Part shown: piece by piece, positions 9,595 to 19,738 of the stretch
Layout of the letters: every line of letters begins with the position of its first letter
How positions within the stretch are numbered: the stretch's first letter is position 1
DNA from: an uncultured Pseudomonadales bacterium
GTDB lineage: Bacteria > Pseudomonadota > Gammaproteobacteria > Pseudomonadales > UBA7434
Direction: 5' to 3'
Assembly (NCBI GenBank): GCA_964504585.1
Contig: CAZDEW010000002.1
Span: 33,862 to 97,861, forward strand
DNA: 64,000 nucleotides
Notes under the pieces: model-generated
The model's database searches: none
The model's input: the letters and a program-made list of their open reading frames with translations, nothing else
What the model was told of the DNA's origin: nothing
Program-made: the position numbers and the translations under genes

Positions 9595-10200
9595 ATGTCG
9601 GTTCTTTTTAACCCACTCAATTTCTTCTTCCGGCCCGCAGCGCAGTGGGCGAATCTTGCGAACAGTCCGCTTGAGCACTACCGGATTCATGCGGTCTATC
9701 CGCTCTTGCTGGCGGTAGTGCCAGCGGTTGCCTGGTACCGGGGGATCACTGAGGTTGGCTGGCGTGTAGCGGGCGGAGATGCAATCCGCGTGACCCCTGA
9801 ATCTGCGCTACCCATTGTGGTGCTTTTTTATCTCGCAATGGTTATCTCGGTCGCAGTTATTGGCTACATGACACACTGGATGTCACAGACCTACGGTGCT
9901 CAGACGAGCATCGCGAAAGGCGTCAGCGTAACCGGTTTCTTCGCCACGCCACTGTTCCTTGCAGGTGTTGTAGGCCTCTGGCCTGTGCTTTGGCTCAATA
10001 TGACGGTTGGGATTATTGCTATCAGTTGGTCAGTATATCTGCTCTATACGGGCATTCCTGCAGTGATGAAGTTGCCCTCAGATCGCGGGTTTCTGTACGC
10101 CAGCGCAATTGCAGGTGTGGGGCTCGTGATCTTTATTTGCATACTTGTATCCAGTGTCCTGCTTTGGGATCTAGGATTTGCGCCAGAGTTTACCGACTAG
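9595..10200 (+). CDS. Yip1-family integral membrane protein
   Basis: 201 aa with about 5 hydrophobic helices. GAGGGG RBS upstream of ATG 9595. Sits immediately upstream of ccoN on the same strand. Confidence 0.55.
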   Translation: MSVLFNPLNFFFRPAAQWANLANSPLEHYRIHAVYPLLLAVVPAVAWYRGITEVGWRVAGGDAIRVTPESALPIVVLFYLAMVISVAVIGYMTHWMSQTYGAQTSIAKGVSVTGFFATPLFLAGVVGLWPVLWLNMTVGIIAISWSVYLLYTGIPAVMKLPSDRGFLYASAIAGVGLVIFICILVSSVLLWDLGFAPEFTD

Positions 10201-10246
10201 TTTTCAACAAATATCCGTTTTCCTTTCAATCGAGGCAACCAAGGCA

Positions 10247-11713
10247 ATGACTGAATACGCTGACTCCGAGCTCTACAACTATAAGGTTGTACGACAGTTT
10301 GCCGTGATGACGGTGGTGTGGGGTATCGTGGGTATGGGCGTTGGTGTCTACATCGCAGCCCTGATGATTTGGCCGGAGTTGAGCTTTAATCAGCCCTGGT
10401 TGAGCTTTGGCCGCTTAAGGCCGTTGCATACTAACGCCGTAATATTCGCCTTCGGGGGGTCGGCTCTGTTCGCATCCTCATTGTTTGTGGTTCAGCGTAC
10501 CTGTCAAACCCGCCTGCTGTCTGATGGTCTTGCCGCTGTTGTTTTCTGGGGCTGGACAACGGTGATTATTCTCGCCGCAATCACATTGCCCCTCGGTATA
10601 ACAACCAGCAAAGAATACGCCGAGCTGGAATGGCCCATCGACATACTGATTACGGTTGTATGGGTGCTGTATGCCGTACTCTATTTCGGCACCATTATGA
10701 AAAGGCGTGTGCAGCATATTTATGTGGCGAATTGGTTTTTCGGGGCCTTTATCGTTACGGTCGCAGTTCTTCATATCCTAAACAGTCTCTCGATTCCCGT
10801 CAGTCTGGGGAAATCCTATCCCATCTATTCCGGTACGGTTGATGCCATGGTTCAGTGGTGGTACGGGCATAACGCGGTAGGGTTTTTCCTGACGGCGGGG
10901 TTTTTAGGAATGATGTACTACTTTGTGCCCAAGCAGGCTGACCGACCCATTTACTCGTATCGGCTCTCGATTGTCCATTTCTGGGCTTTGGTCGCCGTGT
11001 ATATCTGGGCCGGCCCGCACCACCTTCACTACACCGCTTTGCCTGACTGGGCGCAAAGCCTGGGTATGGTGATGTCCCTGATTCTTCTGGCGCCGAGCTG
11101 GGGGGGCATGATCAACGGGATTATGACGCTCAGTGGGGCATGGCACAAACTCCGGACGGATCCAATACTCAGATTCCTGATCGTATCCCTTTCTTTCTAT
11201 GGCATGTCTACCTTTGAAGGTCCGATGATGTCGATCAAAACGGTGAATGCGCTTTCACACTATACGGATTGGACTATCGGTCACGTGCACTCAGGTGCGC
11301 TCGGTTGGGTTGCGATGATTTCGATAGGCACAATCTATTACTTGATCCCCGTTCTTTTTGGCCGCAAGCAGATGTATAGCATTCAATGGATCAACCTTCA
11401 TTTCTGGTTATCAACCACGGGAACTGTGCTTTACATTGCATCGATGTGGGTCAATGGAATTGTTCAGGGTCTGATGTGGCGAGCTTACAACACTGATGGA
11501 ACTCTGACCTACAGCTTTATCGAAAGCATTCAGGCAAGTTACGCGGGTTATATGGTGAGGCTGGGCGGTGGTGGCATATTTTTCCTTGGCATGGTGCTGA
11601 TGGCGTACAACGTCTACAAAACGATTGTGGAGCCCTCACCAAGGGACACGGTTGAGGAACTTGAATCCGAGCCAGTGGAAGCAGCTTTGGTCAGAGGTGG
11701 AGCGCCAGCATGA
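10247..11713 (+). CDS. ccoN: cbb3-type cytochrome c oxidase subunit I
   Basis: ORF 10178-11713. Preferred ATG 10247 ([18 protein letters not shown]). Heme-copper oxidase His ligands present ([23 protein letters not shown]). Confidence 0.95.
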   Translation: MTEYADSELYNYKVVRQFAVMTVVWGIVGMGVGVYIAALMIWPELSFNQPWLSFGRLRPLHTNAVIFAFGGSALFASSLFVVQRTCQTRLLSDGLAAVVFWGWTTVIILAAITLPLGITTSKEYAELEWPIDILITVVWVLYAVLYFGTIMKRRVQHIYVANWFFGAFIVTVAVLHILNSLSIPVSLGKSYPIYSGTVDAMVQWWYGHNAVGFFLTAGFLGMMYYFVPKQADRPIYSYRLSIVHFWALVAVYIWAGPHHLHYTALPDWAQSLGMVMSLILLAPSWGGMINGIMTLSGAWHKLRTDPILRFLIVSLSFYGMSTFEGPMMSIKTVNALSHYTDWTIGHVHSGALGWVAMISIGTIYYLIPVLFGRKQMYSIQWINLHFWLSTTGTVLYIASMWVNGIVQGLMWRAYNTDGTLTYSFIESIQASYAGYMVRLGGGGIFFLGMVLMAYNVYKTIVEPSPRDTVEELESEPVEAALVRGGAPA

Positions 11714-12318
11714 ATCACGATTCAATCGAACGAAATCTCGGGCTAATGATTGTGTTGATGCTCGTGGCTATCAGCTTTGGCACTCTGGTTGAGCTGGTTC
11801 CGCTAATGATGGAGCGTCAAACCAGGGAACCTGCGGAAGGACTTAAACCGCTGAACGCCTTGCAGCTTGAGGGAAGGGATATTTATATCCGCGAAGGCTG
11901 CAACAATTGTCATTCCCAAATGATTCGAACCTTGCGCTCTGATACTGCGAGGTACGGGGCTTTTACCACCGCTAACGAGTTGGTATACAACCACCCACAT
12001 TTATGGGGTAGTAAAAGGACAGGCCCTGACCTCGCGAGAGTTGGTCAACGGTATAGCGATGAATGGCATCGTCTCCATCTCTACAACCCCAGAGATGTTG
12101 TTCCCGAATCCAATATGCCCGCTTATCCCTGGCTATTCAAACGTAAGCTGAACAGCGAAAAAACTGCCGACAAAATGCGCGCCCTGCGTGCTGTGGGCGT
12201 TCCCTTTAGCGACGCTGCGATAGAGAGCGCGAGTAGTGATGTGCACGAAAAAATGGAGATTGACGCATTGGTCGCCTATTTGCAGCAGCTGGGTACACTC
12301 AAATCGAACGAGGAGTAA
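11710..12318 (+). CDS. ccoO: cbb3-type cytochrome c oxidase subunit II (monoheme)
   Basis: 202 aa. CNNCH heme-c motif. ATGA overlap with ccoN. Confidence 0.95.
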   Translation: MNHDSIERNLGLMIVLMLVAISFGTLVELVPLMMERQTREPAEGLKPLNALQLEGRDIYIREGCNNCHSQMIRTLRSDTARYGAFTTANELVYNHPHLWGSKRTGPDLARVGQRYSDEWHRLHLYNPRDVVPESNMPAYPWLFKRKLNSEKTADKMRALRAVGVPFSDAAIESASSDVHEKMEIDALVAYLQQLGTLKSNEE

Positions 12319-12325
12319 ACAGTGG

Positions 12326-12529
12326 ATGCTTGAATTTTTACGAGGTGTCTCGACGATTTTGATTTTCGTCAGCTTCATCCTGCTTTGCGTGAACGTTTAT
12401 CGCAGCGGCAGGAAGTCATTCTATGAGCAGGCAGCGCTGCTGCCGTTTAATGAGGTCGAAGAACACGGGCCTTCTGAAGCCAATCTATCGACGAATACCA
12501 TCAACCGGCGCGGGGTTAACAAATCATGA
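12326..12529 (+). CDS. ccoQ: cbb3-type cytochrome c oxidase subunit CcoQ
   Basis: Internal start of ORF 12236-12529: MLEFLRGVSTILIFVSFILLCVNVYRSGRKSFYEQAALLPF. Single TM helix. Sits between ccoO and ccoP. Confidence 0.75.
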   Translation: MLEFLRGVSTILIFVSFILLCVNVYRSGRKSFYEQAALLPFNEVEEHGPSEANLSTNTINRRGVNKS

Positions 12530-13449
12530 CAGGTTTTTGGAGCGGCTGGATCATTGTTCTCACCGCTACGACGTTGATATTGATCACATGGCTGTTGTTC
12601 GCGACCCGGCGCATGAAGTCGCACAATGATGAAAACACGACAGGCCATGAGTTCGATGGAATCATAGAAGAAGACAACCCACTGCCACAGTGGTGGCTGG
12701 TGATGTTTGTCGTTTCGATAATCTTTGCAGTCGCTTACCTTGCAGCTTACCCCGGCCTTGGAGCATATCAAGGTGCCCTGGACTGGAGCTCTGCGTCCCA
12801 GCACGATCGGGACGCGCAGTATCTCGAAGAGAAATTCGCGGTCACGGCATCGGAATTTTCTGCTTTATCGATTGAGGAACTGATTGTTTCGCCAGCGGCC
12901 AATAAAGCTGGGCGCCGTCTGTTTATTAACAACTGCGCTGTTTGTCATGGCGCTGGCGGAGAAGGAGCCATCGGGTTTCCGCAGTTAAGTAACGACATTT
13001 GGCAGTGGGGGGGGAGTGTTGAACAAATAACGCATTCGATCAAGTATGGGCGTAAAGCTGCGATGCCGGCCTGGTCGGCGGTGATGAGCGAGACGGATGT
13101 TAATGTTCTGGCTGAGTACCTGCTGGTCGAAGCACAGAGAGAATTTGGGAGTGGCGAAGCAGCATCAGAAGAGCAAGCTCCAACACTAATCGCGAAGAAG
13201 GGTAGGGCGCTATACAGCAGCTATTGTGTTGCCTGTCATGGTCCGACAATGAAAGGTAATCCAGCACTTGGTGCGCCATCGTTGGTCGATCGTGAATGGG
13301 TTTATGGTGCTAGTCTCGAGGCTGTCAAAGCTGGGCTACTACAAGGCCGGGCCGGTGTTATGCCTGCTCAGGAATCGCTGCTCAGTGATGAAAAGATACG
13401 ATTACTGACTGCCTATGTGCTTAGCTTCTCGACTAATGATGATGGCTAG
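12526..13449 (+). CDS. ccoP: cbb3-type cytochrome c oxidase subunit III (diheme)
   Basis: 307 aa. Two CxxCH motifs (CAVCH, CVACH). Start overlaps the ccoQ stop. Confidence 0.9.
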   Translation: MTGFWSGWIIVLTATTLILITWLLFATRRMKSHNDENTTGHEFDGIIEEDNPLPQWWLVMFVVSIIFAVAYLAAYPGLGAYQGALDWSSASQHDRDAQYLEEKFAVTASEFSALSIEELIVSPAANKAGRRLFINNCAVCHGAGGEGAIGFPQLSNDIWQWGGSVEQITHSIKYGRKAAMPAWSAVMSETDVNVLAEYLLVEAQREFGSGEAASEEQAPTLIAKKGRALYSSYCVACHGPTMKGNPALGAPSLVDREWVYGASLEAVKAGLLQGRAGVMPAQESLLSDEKIRLLTAYVLSFSTNDDG

Positions 13450-13545
13450 ATGCTTGTTTCGGGAATTTCATTTGTTTGATCCTGATAGCGAGTTGCCGAT
13501 TTGAAACCTGTATTTTATAGCGATAGAGCATGTACTTCTGAATCA

Positions 13546-14982
13546 ATGGCGAAGCCAGATTTAAGTAAAGATTCTGATCTCATTACCTCCGCGGCTCCAG
13601 CTGAAGTTGCGGAGTTAGATCTCTATGAGAAGAGAGAAAAGATATATACCCGTAGTATGGAGGGGTTCTTCCAGCGTATACGCCTCTACACGGGATGGCC
13701 TTTGTTGCTTGGCTATTTTACATTGCCATGGTTAATGCTGGGCGACAGGCCGCTGATTCTTTTTGATCTTCCCGCCCGCAAGTTCCACCTGTTTGGCTAT
13801 ACATTTTGGCCTCAAGATCTCTCTATTCTTGGGCTTATTTTGGTGGCAAGTGCTATCGCGCTGTTCTTTGTTACCTCCCTTGCCGGCAGGGTTTGGTGTG
13901 GTTATACCTGTCCGCAAACAGTTTGGACTGCAATTTTTATGTGGATCGAGCAGCATACCGAGGGAACTAGAAATCAGCGAATTAAGCTAGATAAACAACC
14001 CTGGGACCGAGAAAAAGTCATTAGGAAGTCGATGAAGCATATCGGATGGCTTGGTTTTGCCGTTCTCACCGGTGTCACTTTTATCGGCTATTTCACACCA
14101 ATTCGTGGAATTGTCTCAGACACGGTCGCTTTTGAGGTCCCGTTGATGACCTGGAGTTGGATCCTATTTTTCACTCTGGCCACTTACATTAACGCGGGTT
14201 GGGCGCGTGAGCAGGTCTGTAAGTATGTGTGTCCTTATGCTCGATTTCAGGCAGCGATGTTCGATCGCAAGACCCTGATTATTTCCTACGATGCCGGCAG
14301 GGGGGAGCCCAGAGGAGCGCGTAAGAGACAGCTAAGTGAAGATGATTCCGGCAAGGGCTCCTGTGTGGACTGCAGGCTTTGTGTCCAGGTTTGTCCGACA
14401 GGAATCGATATTCGTGAAGGCTTGCAGTACGAATGCATATCTTGTGCGCTTTGCATAGACGCCTGCAATAGCATAATGGAAAAAATGGGTTATCAGCGTG
14501 ATCTAATACGTTACACCACCGAACAAGCGCTCGCCGAGGGCGGTACTGTTAAGCTCGATTCAGTGTTCAAACGATGGAAGGTCATTGCTTATGCGATTGC
14601 ATTGGTAATGGTACTGTCGCTTCTTGCTTTCCGGCTTGGGTCAATCGCTCCAGTTGAAATAACAGTTACACCAGATCGTCTCGCCTTGACTTCATATAGC
14701 GGTGTAGGCGCGGAAAATCGCTACGTAGTGAAGATTGTGAACAAAGGAGACAATCTGCAGCGCGCGACACTTAGCCTGAGTAAGGACTCGGGATTGCAAC
14801 TGATCGGACCGCGAAACTTCATGCTCCAACCTTTCGAAGTATTGAGCTTTCCGGTTCGGGTGGCCGCGCCAACTGAGCATAATCATGTGCCCACTATTCC
14901 AGTCATACCCTTGGTTTTTGAACTCATATTTGATGGGGTGACCTATCAAAGCGAAAGCCGCTTTGTGTATTTGTCGCGATGA
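13546..14982 (+). CDS. ccoG: cbb3 oxidase accessory 4Fe-4S protein CcoG/FixG
   Basis: ORF 13501-14982. Preferred ATG 13546 (MAKPDLSK). Ferredoxin-type clusters CVDCRLCVQVCP and CISCALCIDACN. Confidence 0.9.
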   Translation: MAKPDLSKDSDLITSAAPAEVAELDLYEKREKIYTRSMEGFFQRIRLYTGWPLLLGYFTLPWLMLGDRPLILFDLPARKFHLFGYTFWPQDLSILGLILVASAIALFFVTSLAGRVWCGYTCPQTVWTAIFMWIEQHTEGTRNQRIKLDKQPWDREKVIRKSMKHIGWLGFAVLTGVTFIGYFTPIRGIVSDTVAFEVPLMTWSWILFFTLATYINAGWAREQVCKYVCPYARFQAAMFDRKTLIISYDAGRGEPRGARKRQLSEDDSGKGSCVDCRLCVQVCPTGIDIREGLQYECISCALCIDACNSIMEKMGYQRDLIRYTTEQALAEGGTVKLDSVFKRWKVIAYAIALVMVLSLLAFRLGSIAPVEITVTPDRLALTSYSGVGAENRYVVKIVNKGDNLQRATLSLSKDSGLQLIGPRNFMLQPFEVLSFPVRVAAPTEHNHVPTIPVIPLVFELIFDGVTYQSESRFVYLSR

Positions 14983-15263
14983 GAGATAGAAGTATTGCTA
15001 TGGTGCGGACCAGTCAGCTTCGACGAGACATATCAAAGGGAGACCATGCTTTGCGAGAGCCGTGGATATGGTTTATCGCAATACTAATGCTTACTGTTTT
15101 TATAGCATGCTTATTTATGATTAAAGTGGGGCTCGAAAATCCCGATCTGTCAGCTGAGGGGAATTATCGCAAAGTCGGGCTGGCGATTGAGTCGATTTCT
15201 CTTGAAGAAAATCGAGATGGTAAGCAGGCGACATCGCTGCAACCGCAGGGAGATCGCCTATGA
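14979..15263 (+). CDS. ccoH: short FixH/CcoH-like membrane protein
   Basis: 94 aa. TM helix followed by NYRKVGLAIES, resembling the FixH N-terminus. Overlaps the ccoG stop and the ccoI start, in the ccoH slot. Confidence 0.5.
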   Translation: MRDRSIAMVRTSQLRRDISKGDHALREPWIWFIAILMLTVFIACLFMIKVGLENPDLSAEGNYRKVGLAIESISLEENRDGKQATSLQPQGDRL

Positions 15264-17857
15264 AGTCGAATATTTGCTATCACTGCGGGGAGCCTGTTTA
15301 CGGTTCTGGCGTTTTTTCAACCATAAAGGCTGTTACGGGTTTTCAGAGTAACCCCGAACTGAATGAGCAGAAAAACAATGGCGCGGGTAATCGAGAACCT
15401 GTTTTTTGCTGCTCGGGTTGCAAGGCAGTGTACGAGCAGATTAATACGACCGGGTGTGGTGACTACTACCGCTATCGAACGCAAGCGGCGATTAAAGTTG
15501 AGGACTACCAGGGCAGTCGGCTCAATAAGGAGGTAATGGATTTTTCCTGGGCCGATGATTTACTCGATGAGCTGGACTTCGTGAAATCTGAGCCTATGCA
15601 AGATGGGGGCCTTCAACACAACGCGACCTTATTGCTCGAGGGTCTTCGTTGTAGTGCCTGCGCCTGGCTTGTTGAGCGATCACTTCTACGCGTTGATGGC
15701 GTAACTGCAGCACGCGTCGATCTTGTCAATCAAAAGTTAACCGTTTACTGGGATCAGTTGACCGTTAAACTTTCGACCTTGATGTCGACCTTAATGTCCC
15801 TCGGCTACTCATCAAAAGGCTGGAGTCAGAATGCGATCTGGGACAAGCATCGCCGGGATGCGTCCAGGATAATGCGTTATCTCGGTGTGTCTGGCATCAT
15901 CATGATGCAGGTTGGAATGATATCGATAGGACTCTACGCAGGAGAGCTATCTAGCAGTATGACGGCTACAAGTCTGTCGGTGCTACGGTTGGCTTGCTTT
16001 TTACTGACCGCTGTTTCGCTCATATACTGCGGTGCGCCGTTCTATCGAAGTGCTTTCAATGGTTTAAAAAAGGGCGTCATTAACATGGACGTACCGATCG
16101 TTCTCGCACTGACAATAGCGGGTGGGTATAGCCTGTATTCCACAGCTTTACACCAGGAGCACGTTTACTTCGACACAATCACAATGTTTCTCTTTTTTCT
16201 GTGGTTGAGTCGTTTTTTCGAGTATCAGTCTCGCGGACGTTTTCAACACGGGGGGTCCCAGTCTTTACCAGAGCTTGTCACCAGAAAGGTTTCAACTGAG
16301 GACGATGCATGCATCGAGACAATTGCATTACGTGATCTTGCGCCGGGTGATCATCTGCTTTGTAAGCGTGGAGATACCTTGGCCGCCGATGGAATCGTGA
16401 AGGATTCGTTTGTAGATGTGGATACTTCTGCCTTCACTGGTGAAAGTGAGGCTGTAAGGATACGTTCAGGGCAGGAGATATGCGCAGGCTCTATAAACCT
16501 GGGAGACTCGTTTTGGGTCACAGTAACCAGTGATTTTGGCAAAACCAGCTACGATAAGTTGCGTGAGTTGGCCCAGAAAGCTCACTTCGAGAAGCCTGAT
16601 TATCAAAAACTGATTGATCGAATAAGCCCTTACTTTACTCTGGTGGTTTTGTTTGTAGCAGCTTTGGTGGCTGCATACTGGTCAGCCAGAGAAAGCGGCC
16701 GCACTCTGGATATTGTAATTGCGGTACTTATTGTCAGTTGCCCTTGCGCCCTGTCTCTAGCGACACCGCTCGCGGTGACCGTGGCAAACTCCGTCTCATC
16801 CCGACTCGGTCTTGTGCCATTACGCGCCGATATCTGGTCAAGACTCAATAATATCAATGACGTGATTTTCGATAAAACGGGAACGCTGACGGACCCGGTA
16901 GAGCTTGAGACAACAATCTTGGCCGATGGCGAGTCGAAGCATAGTCCGCTGCGTGTTGCTGCGAGTCTCGAAGTGCTCTCTTCGCATCCCCTCGCGAGAA
17001 TTTTTCTGGAAAGTAACACAGAACCTCTAGACGACGTTGCAGATTTCAGGGTCGTCGACGGATTCGGTATTGAGGGAGTGGTATCAGGACTGCGATGTCG
17101 CCTTGGTTTTCCGGAATGGGCCCTCGCGCTGGAGAGGAACTCGGTCAGCCTTCGCGCGCTGAGCACTGAGTATGATGCATTACTCGTTAGCGCCGATGGG
17201 TTGGTTGCTGGTTTTCGCGTGAGAGAGTCCATCAGGCCAGAGGCCCCCGCGGTAATTTCATCTCTTAAATCTGCAGGGATAGCAGTTCACATATTTAGCG
17301 GCGATTCCCGAGTAAAGGTTGCACAAGTTGCCGCGTCCCTTGGAGTCGATTCTTTTGAGGGAGGTCTCACGCCAGAAGGTAAGCTAAAGGGACTTAAGGC
17401 CCTTCAGCAGTTCGGGGCCATAAAACGAAGGGTGCTGGCGATTGGTGACGGGGTTAACGACGCGCCGCTGCTAGCGGCTGCTGATGCGTCAGTTGCAGTA
17501 GCCAATGCCAGCGCGATTACCTCAGCTAAAGCAGACCTTCTCCAGTGCAACGAGAGCCTGCTCGCTATCGTGCAGGCTTTGCAGCTCGCAAAGGCGACTC
17601 GCGACACAACTATTGTAAATTGCCTTTGGGCGCTTGCGTACAACATTGCAGCAATATCAATGGCGGCCTTTGGCTTGATACCTCCCTATCTGGCTGCGAT
17701 TGGTATGACTCTGAGTTCACTCATCGTCTTACTTAATTCAAAACGCATATGGAGGTTTCAGGAATCCTCTAGTGGCTATTCCGAGACAGACGCCACCAAA
17801 GAAGCCGGAGCGAATACTCATCGAGAGGAATACTCAACAATAGGAGTTTACCTATGA
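15260..17857 (+). CDS. ccoI: heavy-metal (Cu) translocating P1B-type ATPase CcoI/FixI
   Basis: 865 aa. CPC motif (SCPCAL), DKTGT phosphorylation site, GDGVNDAP hinge. N-terminal Cys-rich CYHCGEP...CCSGC. Confidence 0.9.
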   Translation: MKSNICYHCGEPVYGSGVFSTIKAVTGFQSNPELNEQKNNGAGNREPVFCCSGCKAVYEQINTTGCGDYYRYRTQAAIKVEDYQGSRLNKEVMDFSWADDLLDELDFVKSEPMQDGGLQHNATLLLEGLRCSACAWLVERSLLRVDGVTAARVDLVNQKLTVYWDQLTVKLSTLMSTLMSLGYSSKGWSQNAIWDKHRRDASRIMRYLGVSGIIMMQVGMISIGLYAGELSSSMTATSLSVLRLACFLLTAVSLIYCGAPFYRSAFNGLKKGVINMDVPIVLALTIAGGYSLYSTALHQEHVYFDTITMFLFFLWLSRFFEYQSRGRFQHGGSQSLPELVTRKVSTEDDACIETIALRDLAPGDHLLCKRGDTLAADGIVKDSFVDVDTSAFTGESEAVRIRSGQEICAGSINLGDSFWVTVTSDFGKTSYDKLRELAQKAHFEKPDYQKLIDRISPYFTLVVLFVAALVAAYWSARESGRTLDIVIAVLIVSCPCALSLATPLAVTVANSVSSRLGLVPLRADIWSRLNNINDVIFDKTGTLTDPVELETTILADGESKHSPLRVAASLEVLSSHPLARIFLESNTEPLDDVADFRVVDGFGIEGVVSGLRCRLGFPEWALALERNSVSLRALSTEYDALLVSADGLVAGFRVRESIRPEAPAVISSLKSAGIAVHIFSGDSRVKVAQVAASLGVDSFEGGLTPEGKLKGLKALQQFGAIKRRVLAIGDGVNDAPLLAAADASVAVANASAITSAKADLLQCNESLLAIVQALQLAKATRDTTIVNCLWALAYNIAAISMAAFGLIPPYLAAIGMTLSSLIVLLNSKRIWRFQESSSGYSETDATKEAGANTHREEYSTIGVYL

Positions 17858-18060
17858 CAAGTCTCTTAATTCTTGTTCCAATTGCGATGTTACTGGTTGG
17901 GCTTGCTATCGCACTTTACATTTGGGCGATCAACGATGGTCAGTATCTTGATCTTGACAGGGAATCTAGTCAGATTTTGTTTGACAAACACGACTCGAAA
18001 ATCAGTAAATCTCCTGGCAATGGTCGGGTTCGCGAAGCGGACGGACGCATTACGAAATAA
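17854..18060 (+). CDS. ccoS: cbb3 oxidase maturation protein CcoS/FixS
   Basis: 68 aa. Single TM followed by WAINDGQYLDLD, typical of CcoS. Overlaps the ccoI stop. Confidence 0.85.
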   Translation: MTSLLILVPIAMLLVGLAIALYIWAINDGQYLDLDRESSQILFDKHDSKISKSPGNGRVREADGRITK

Positions 18061-18071
18061 GGACTGTTGCC

Positions 18072-18920
18072 ATGATCGATCTTGGATCTCTAGAAACGCC
18101 TTCGCCACTACTGACGGCGCTATTGATTGGCTTGGGTAGCAGTGCGCATTGTCTGGCGATGTGTGGTGGTGTCCACGCGGTGATAGGTGATCATTCACAA
18201 AATTCGTCGATGCTGATTGCAAGCGATTCTGTACATGACAAAGGTTCCGCACTCTCAGTTCCCAATGCCGGCATATCACAACTTGCATCAGAACTTGACG
18301 CTCGACTGCGACCGACTGTATTTCTATTAGTTTTTAGCGTTGGAAGGTTACTAAGTTATAGTCTCGCAGGCCTAGCTTTCGGGGCGCTGGCTTTTTCTCT
18401 GACTACTCAAAGCGCATTGTGGTTTAGCGGGGCTCGAATTCTCTCCGGGGTGCTGCTGTTTGCTATTGGTTTGCAGATGCTTGGTTGGCGTGGAAGATTT
18501 GGCGCTGAGGTGCTTGGAGAGAAAATCTGGCGCGTCATTAAAAACGGCATTGGCCTGCAATTTCCGCTAAAAACCCTGGGACAATCGTTCACCTTCGGTT
18601 TTGCCTGGGGCTGGATACCCTGCGGCGTGGTCTATTCCGTACTTGCCTGGGCTATTTTACAGACTGACCCGTTTAGCAGTGCTATGACAATGCTTTTTTT
18701 TGGCTTGGGTACGCTTCCAGCTATGCTGGGCTCAGGCCTGCTATTCCATAATGTGTCAAAAAAAGTGAATCAGGACAAGGCTCGCATTATTGCGTCGTTC
18801 ACGGTGATCGTATTCAGTATCTGGACGATTTTTTCAGCATATGGAGCCTTTATTAGCCACGCTGATGAAAACGACGATCGCGACGCTTTGCAACATAGCT
18901 CGGTGCATGTTTGTCACTAG
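18072..18920 (+). CDS. TauE/SafE-like (DsbD_2-type) membrane protein
   Basis: 282 aa, polytopic. SSAHCLAMCGG motif. Occupies the position downstream of ccoS seen in Pseudomonas-like genomes. Confidence 0.6.
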   Translation: MIDLGSLETPSPLLTALLIGLGSSAHCLAMCGGVHAVIGDHSQNSSMLIASDSVHDKGSALSVPNAGISQLASELDARLRPTVFLLVFSVGRLLSYSLAGLAFGALAFSLTTQSALWFSGARILSGVLLFAIGLQMLGWRGRFGAEVLGEKIWRVIKNGIGLQFPLKTLGQSFTFGFAWGWIPCGVVYSVLAWAILQTDPFSSAMTMLFFGLGTLPAMLGSGLLFHNVSKKVNQDKARIIASFTVIVFSIWTIFSAYGAFISHADENDDRDALQHSSVHVCH

Positions 18921-18977
18921 CGATGTGCCATCGTTTAAACGGACCATAATACGGTAGTTAGCCTAAACCAATCTTGC

Positions 18978-18991
18978 TTGATGTATATCAA
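18978..18991. promoter_or_regulatory. FNR/Anr-type binding site (perfect TTGAT-N4-ATCAA)
   Basis: TTGATGTATATCAA read at 18978-18991, about 63 nt upstream of the ompW ATG (19054). Confidence 0.6.
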
Positions 18992-19053
18992 GGCCGCTCT
19001 GGAATGGAAGGATACTATAAGTAATGACAGTACCTTCAACGCAGGAGCAGCTA

Positions 19054-19701
19054 ATGAAATATCGTGAAATAATTGAAAAATCGGTGAGCGCATCTATTTC
19101 TCTTGTATTTTTTTTGGTGGCAGCAACATTTCTTAATGTTGCGATCGCTGAAGAGAAAGGCTTAATTGTCAGAGCGGGGTATGCCGCTGTCGACCCGAAC
19201 TCTAACAGCGAGACAGTCCCCGGTGCCGGTGGTGAAGTGGCGGCCGATTCTGGAAATGCGCTTGGACTGACGGTCACCTATATGCTCGAGGAGAATTGGG
19301 GAGTGGGGCTGTTGGCAGCATCACCTTTCAAGCACGATATTGACCACTCTGTTCTTGGGGAAGTTGCCTCTACCAAGCATCTGCCCCCGACGATTACCCT
19401 GCAATACCATTTTAATACGCGGGATAGCGGAAAACCTTATGTTGGCATTGGGATGAACTATACGAAGTTCTTCGAGGAGGAGACATCTCGCCCGCTAGAA
19501 GGTGTTGATCTGGAACTTGACGAATCTTTCGGCCTTGCTATGGAGGCTGGAGTTGATTGGTTTATTGATGAATACTGGGGGGCGTCGGTACAGATTTGGT
19601 GGCTTGATATTGATACCGATGCGTCGCTGGATGGTGGTCAGGAGTTTGAAGTGCGAATAGATCCATTGGTGTACATGTTTGGCCTAAGTTACAGGCTCTA
19701 G
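19054..19701 (+). CDS. ompW: outer membrane protein OmpW
   Basis: ORF 19024-19701. Preferred ATG 19054, preceded by AGGAG. OmpW-like strands (GLLAASPFKHDI, KPYVGIGMNYTKFF), C-terminal ...GLSYRL. Confidence 0.85.
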   Translation: MKYREIIEKSVSASISLVFFLVAATFLNVAIAEEKGLIVRAGYAAVDPNSNSETVPGAGGEVAADSGNALGLTVTYMLEENWGVGLLAASPFKHDIDHSVLGEVASTKHLPPTITLQYHFNTRDSGKPYVGIGMNYTKFFEEETSRPLEGVDLELDESFGLAMEAGVDWFIDEYWGASVQIWWLDIDTDASLDGGQEFEVRIDPLVYMFGLSYRL

Positions 19702-19738
19702 TTTTCGCTGTGATTTTAGATATAGTTTCGAGTTTTTC

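Noticed and set aside
13007-13014. G8 homopolymer inside ccoP as a possible phase-variation tract
   Set aside because: It is in frame (encoding W-G-G) in an intact essential-type respiratory gene. It is a single tract with no evidence of slippage, so the idea is noted only as a speculative possibility.
13476-13489. Third FNR box upstream of ccoG (TTGATCCTGATAGC)
   Set aside because: Only the left half-site matches. The right half (ATAGC) shares 2 of 5 positions with ATCAA, which is too weak to call.
16630-17232. 200-aa minus-strand ORF inside ccoI, plus similar antisense ORFs at 392-1021, 7793-8185, 23902-24408, 28817-29494 and 40922-41494
   Set aside because: All lie antisense to, or out of frame within, strongly supported genes. 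Their compositions are biased (Arg/Ser/Pro-rich) and they contain no motifs. They are typical shadow ORFs.
15260-17857. P-type ATPase as a stand-alone copper-resistance determinant
   Set aside because: It is embedded with overlapping start and stop codons between the ccoH-like gene and ccoS, and has the CcoI-type N-terminus. It is better explained as the cbb3 maturation Cu transporter.
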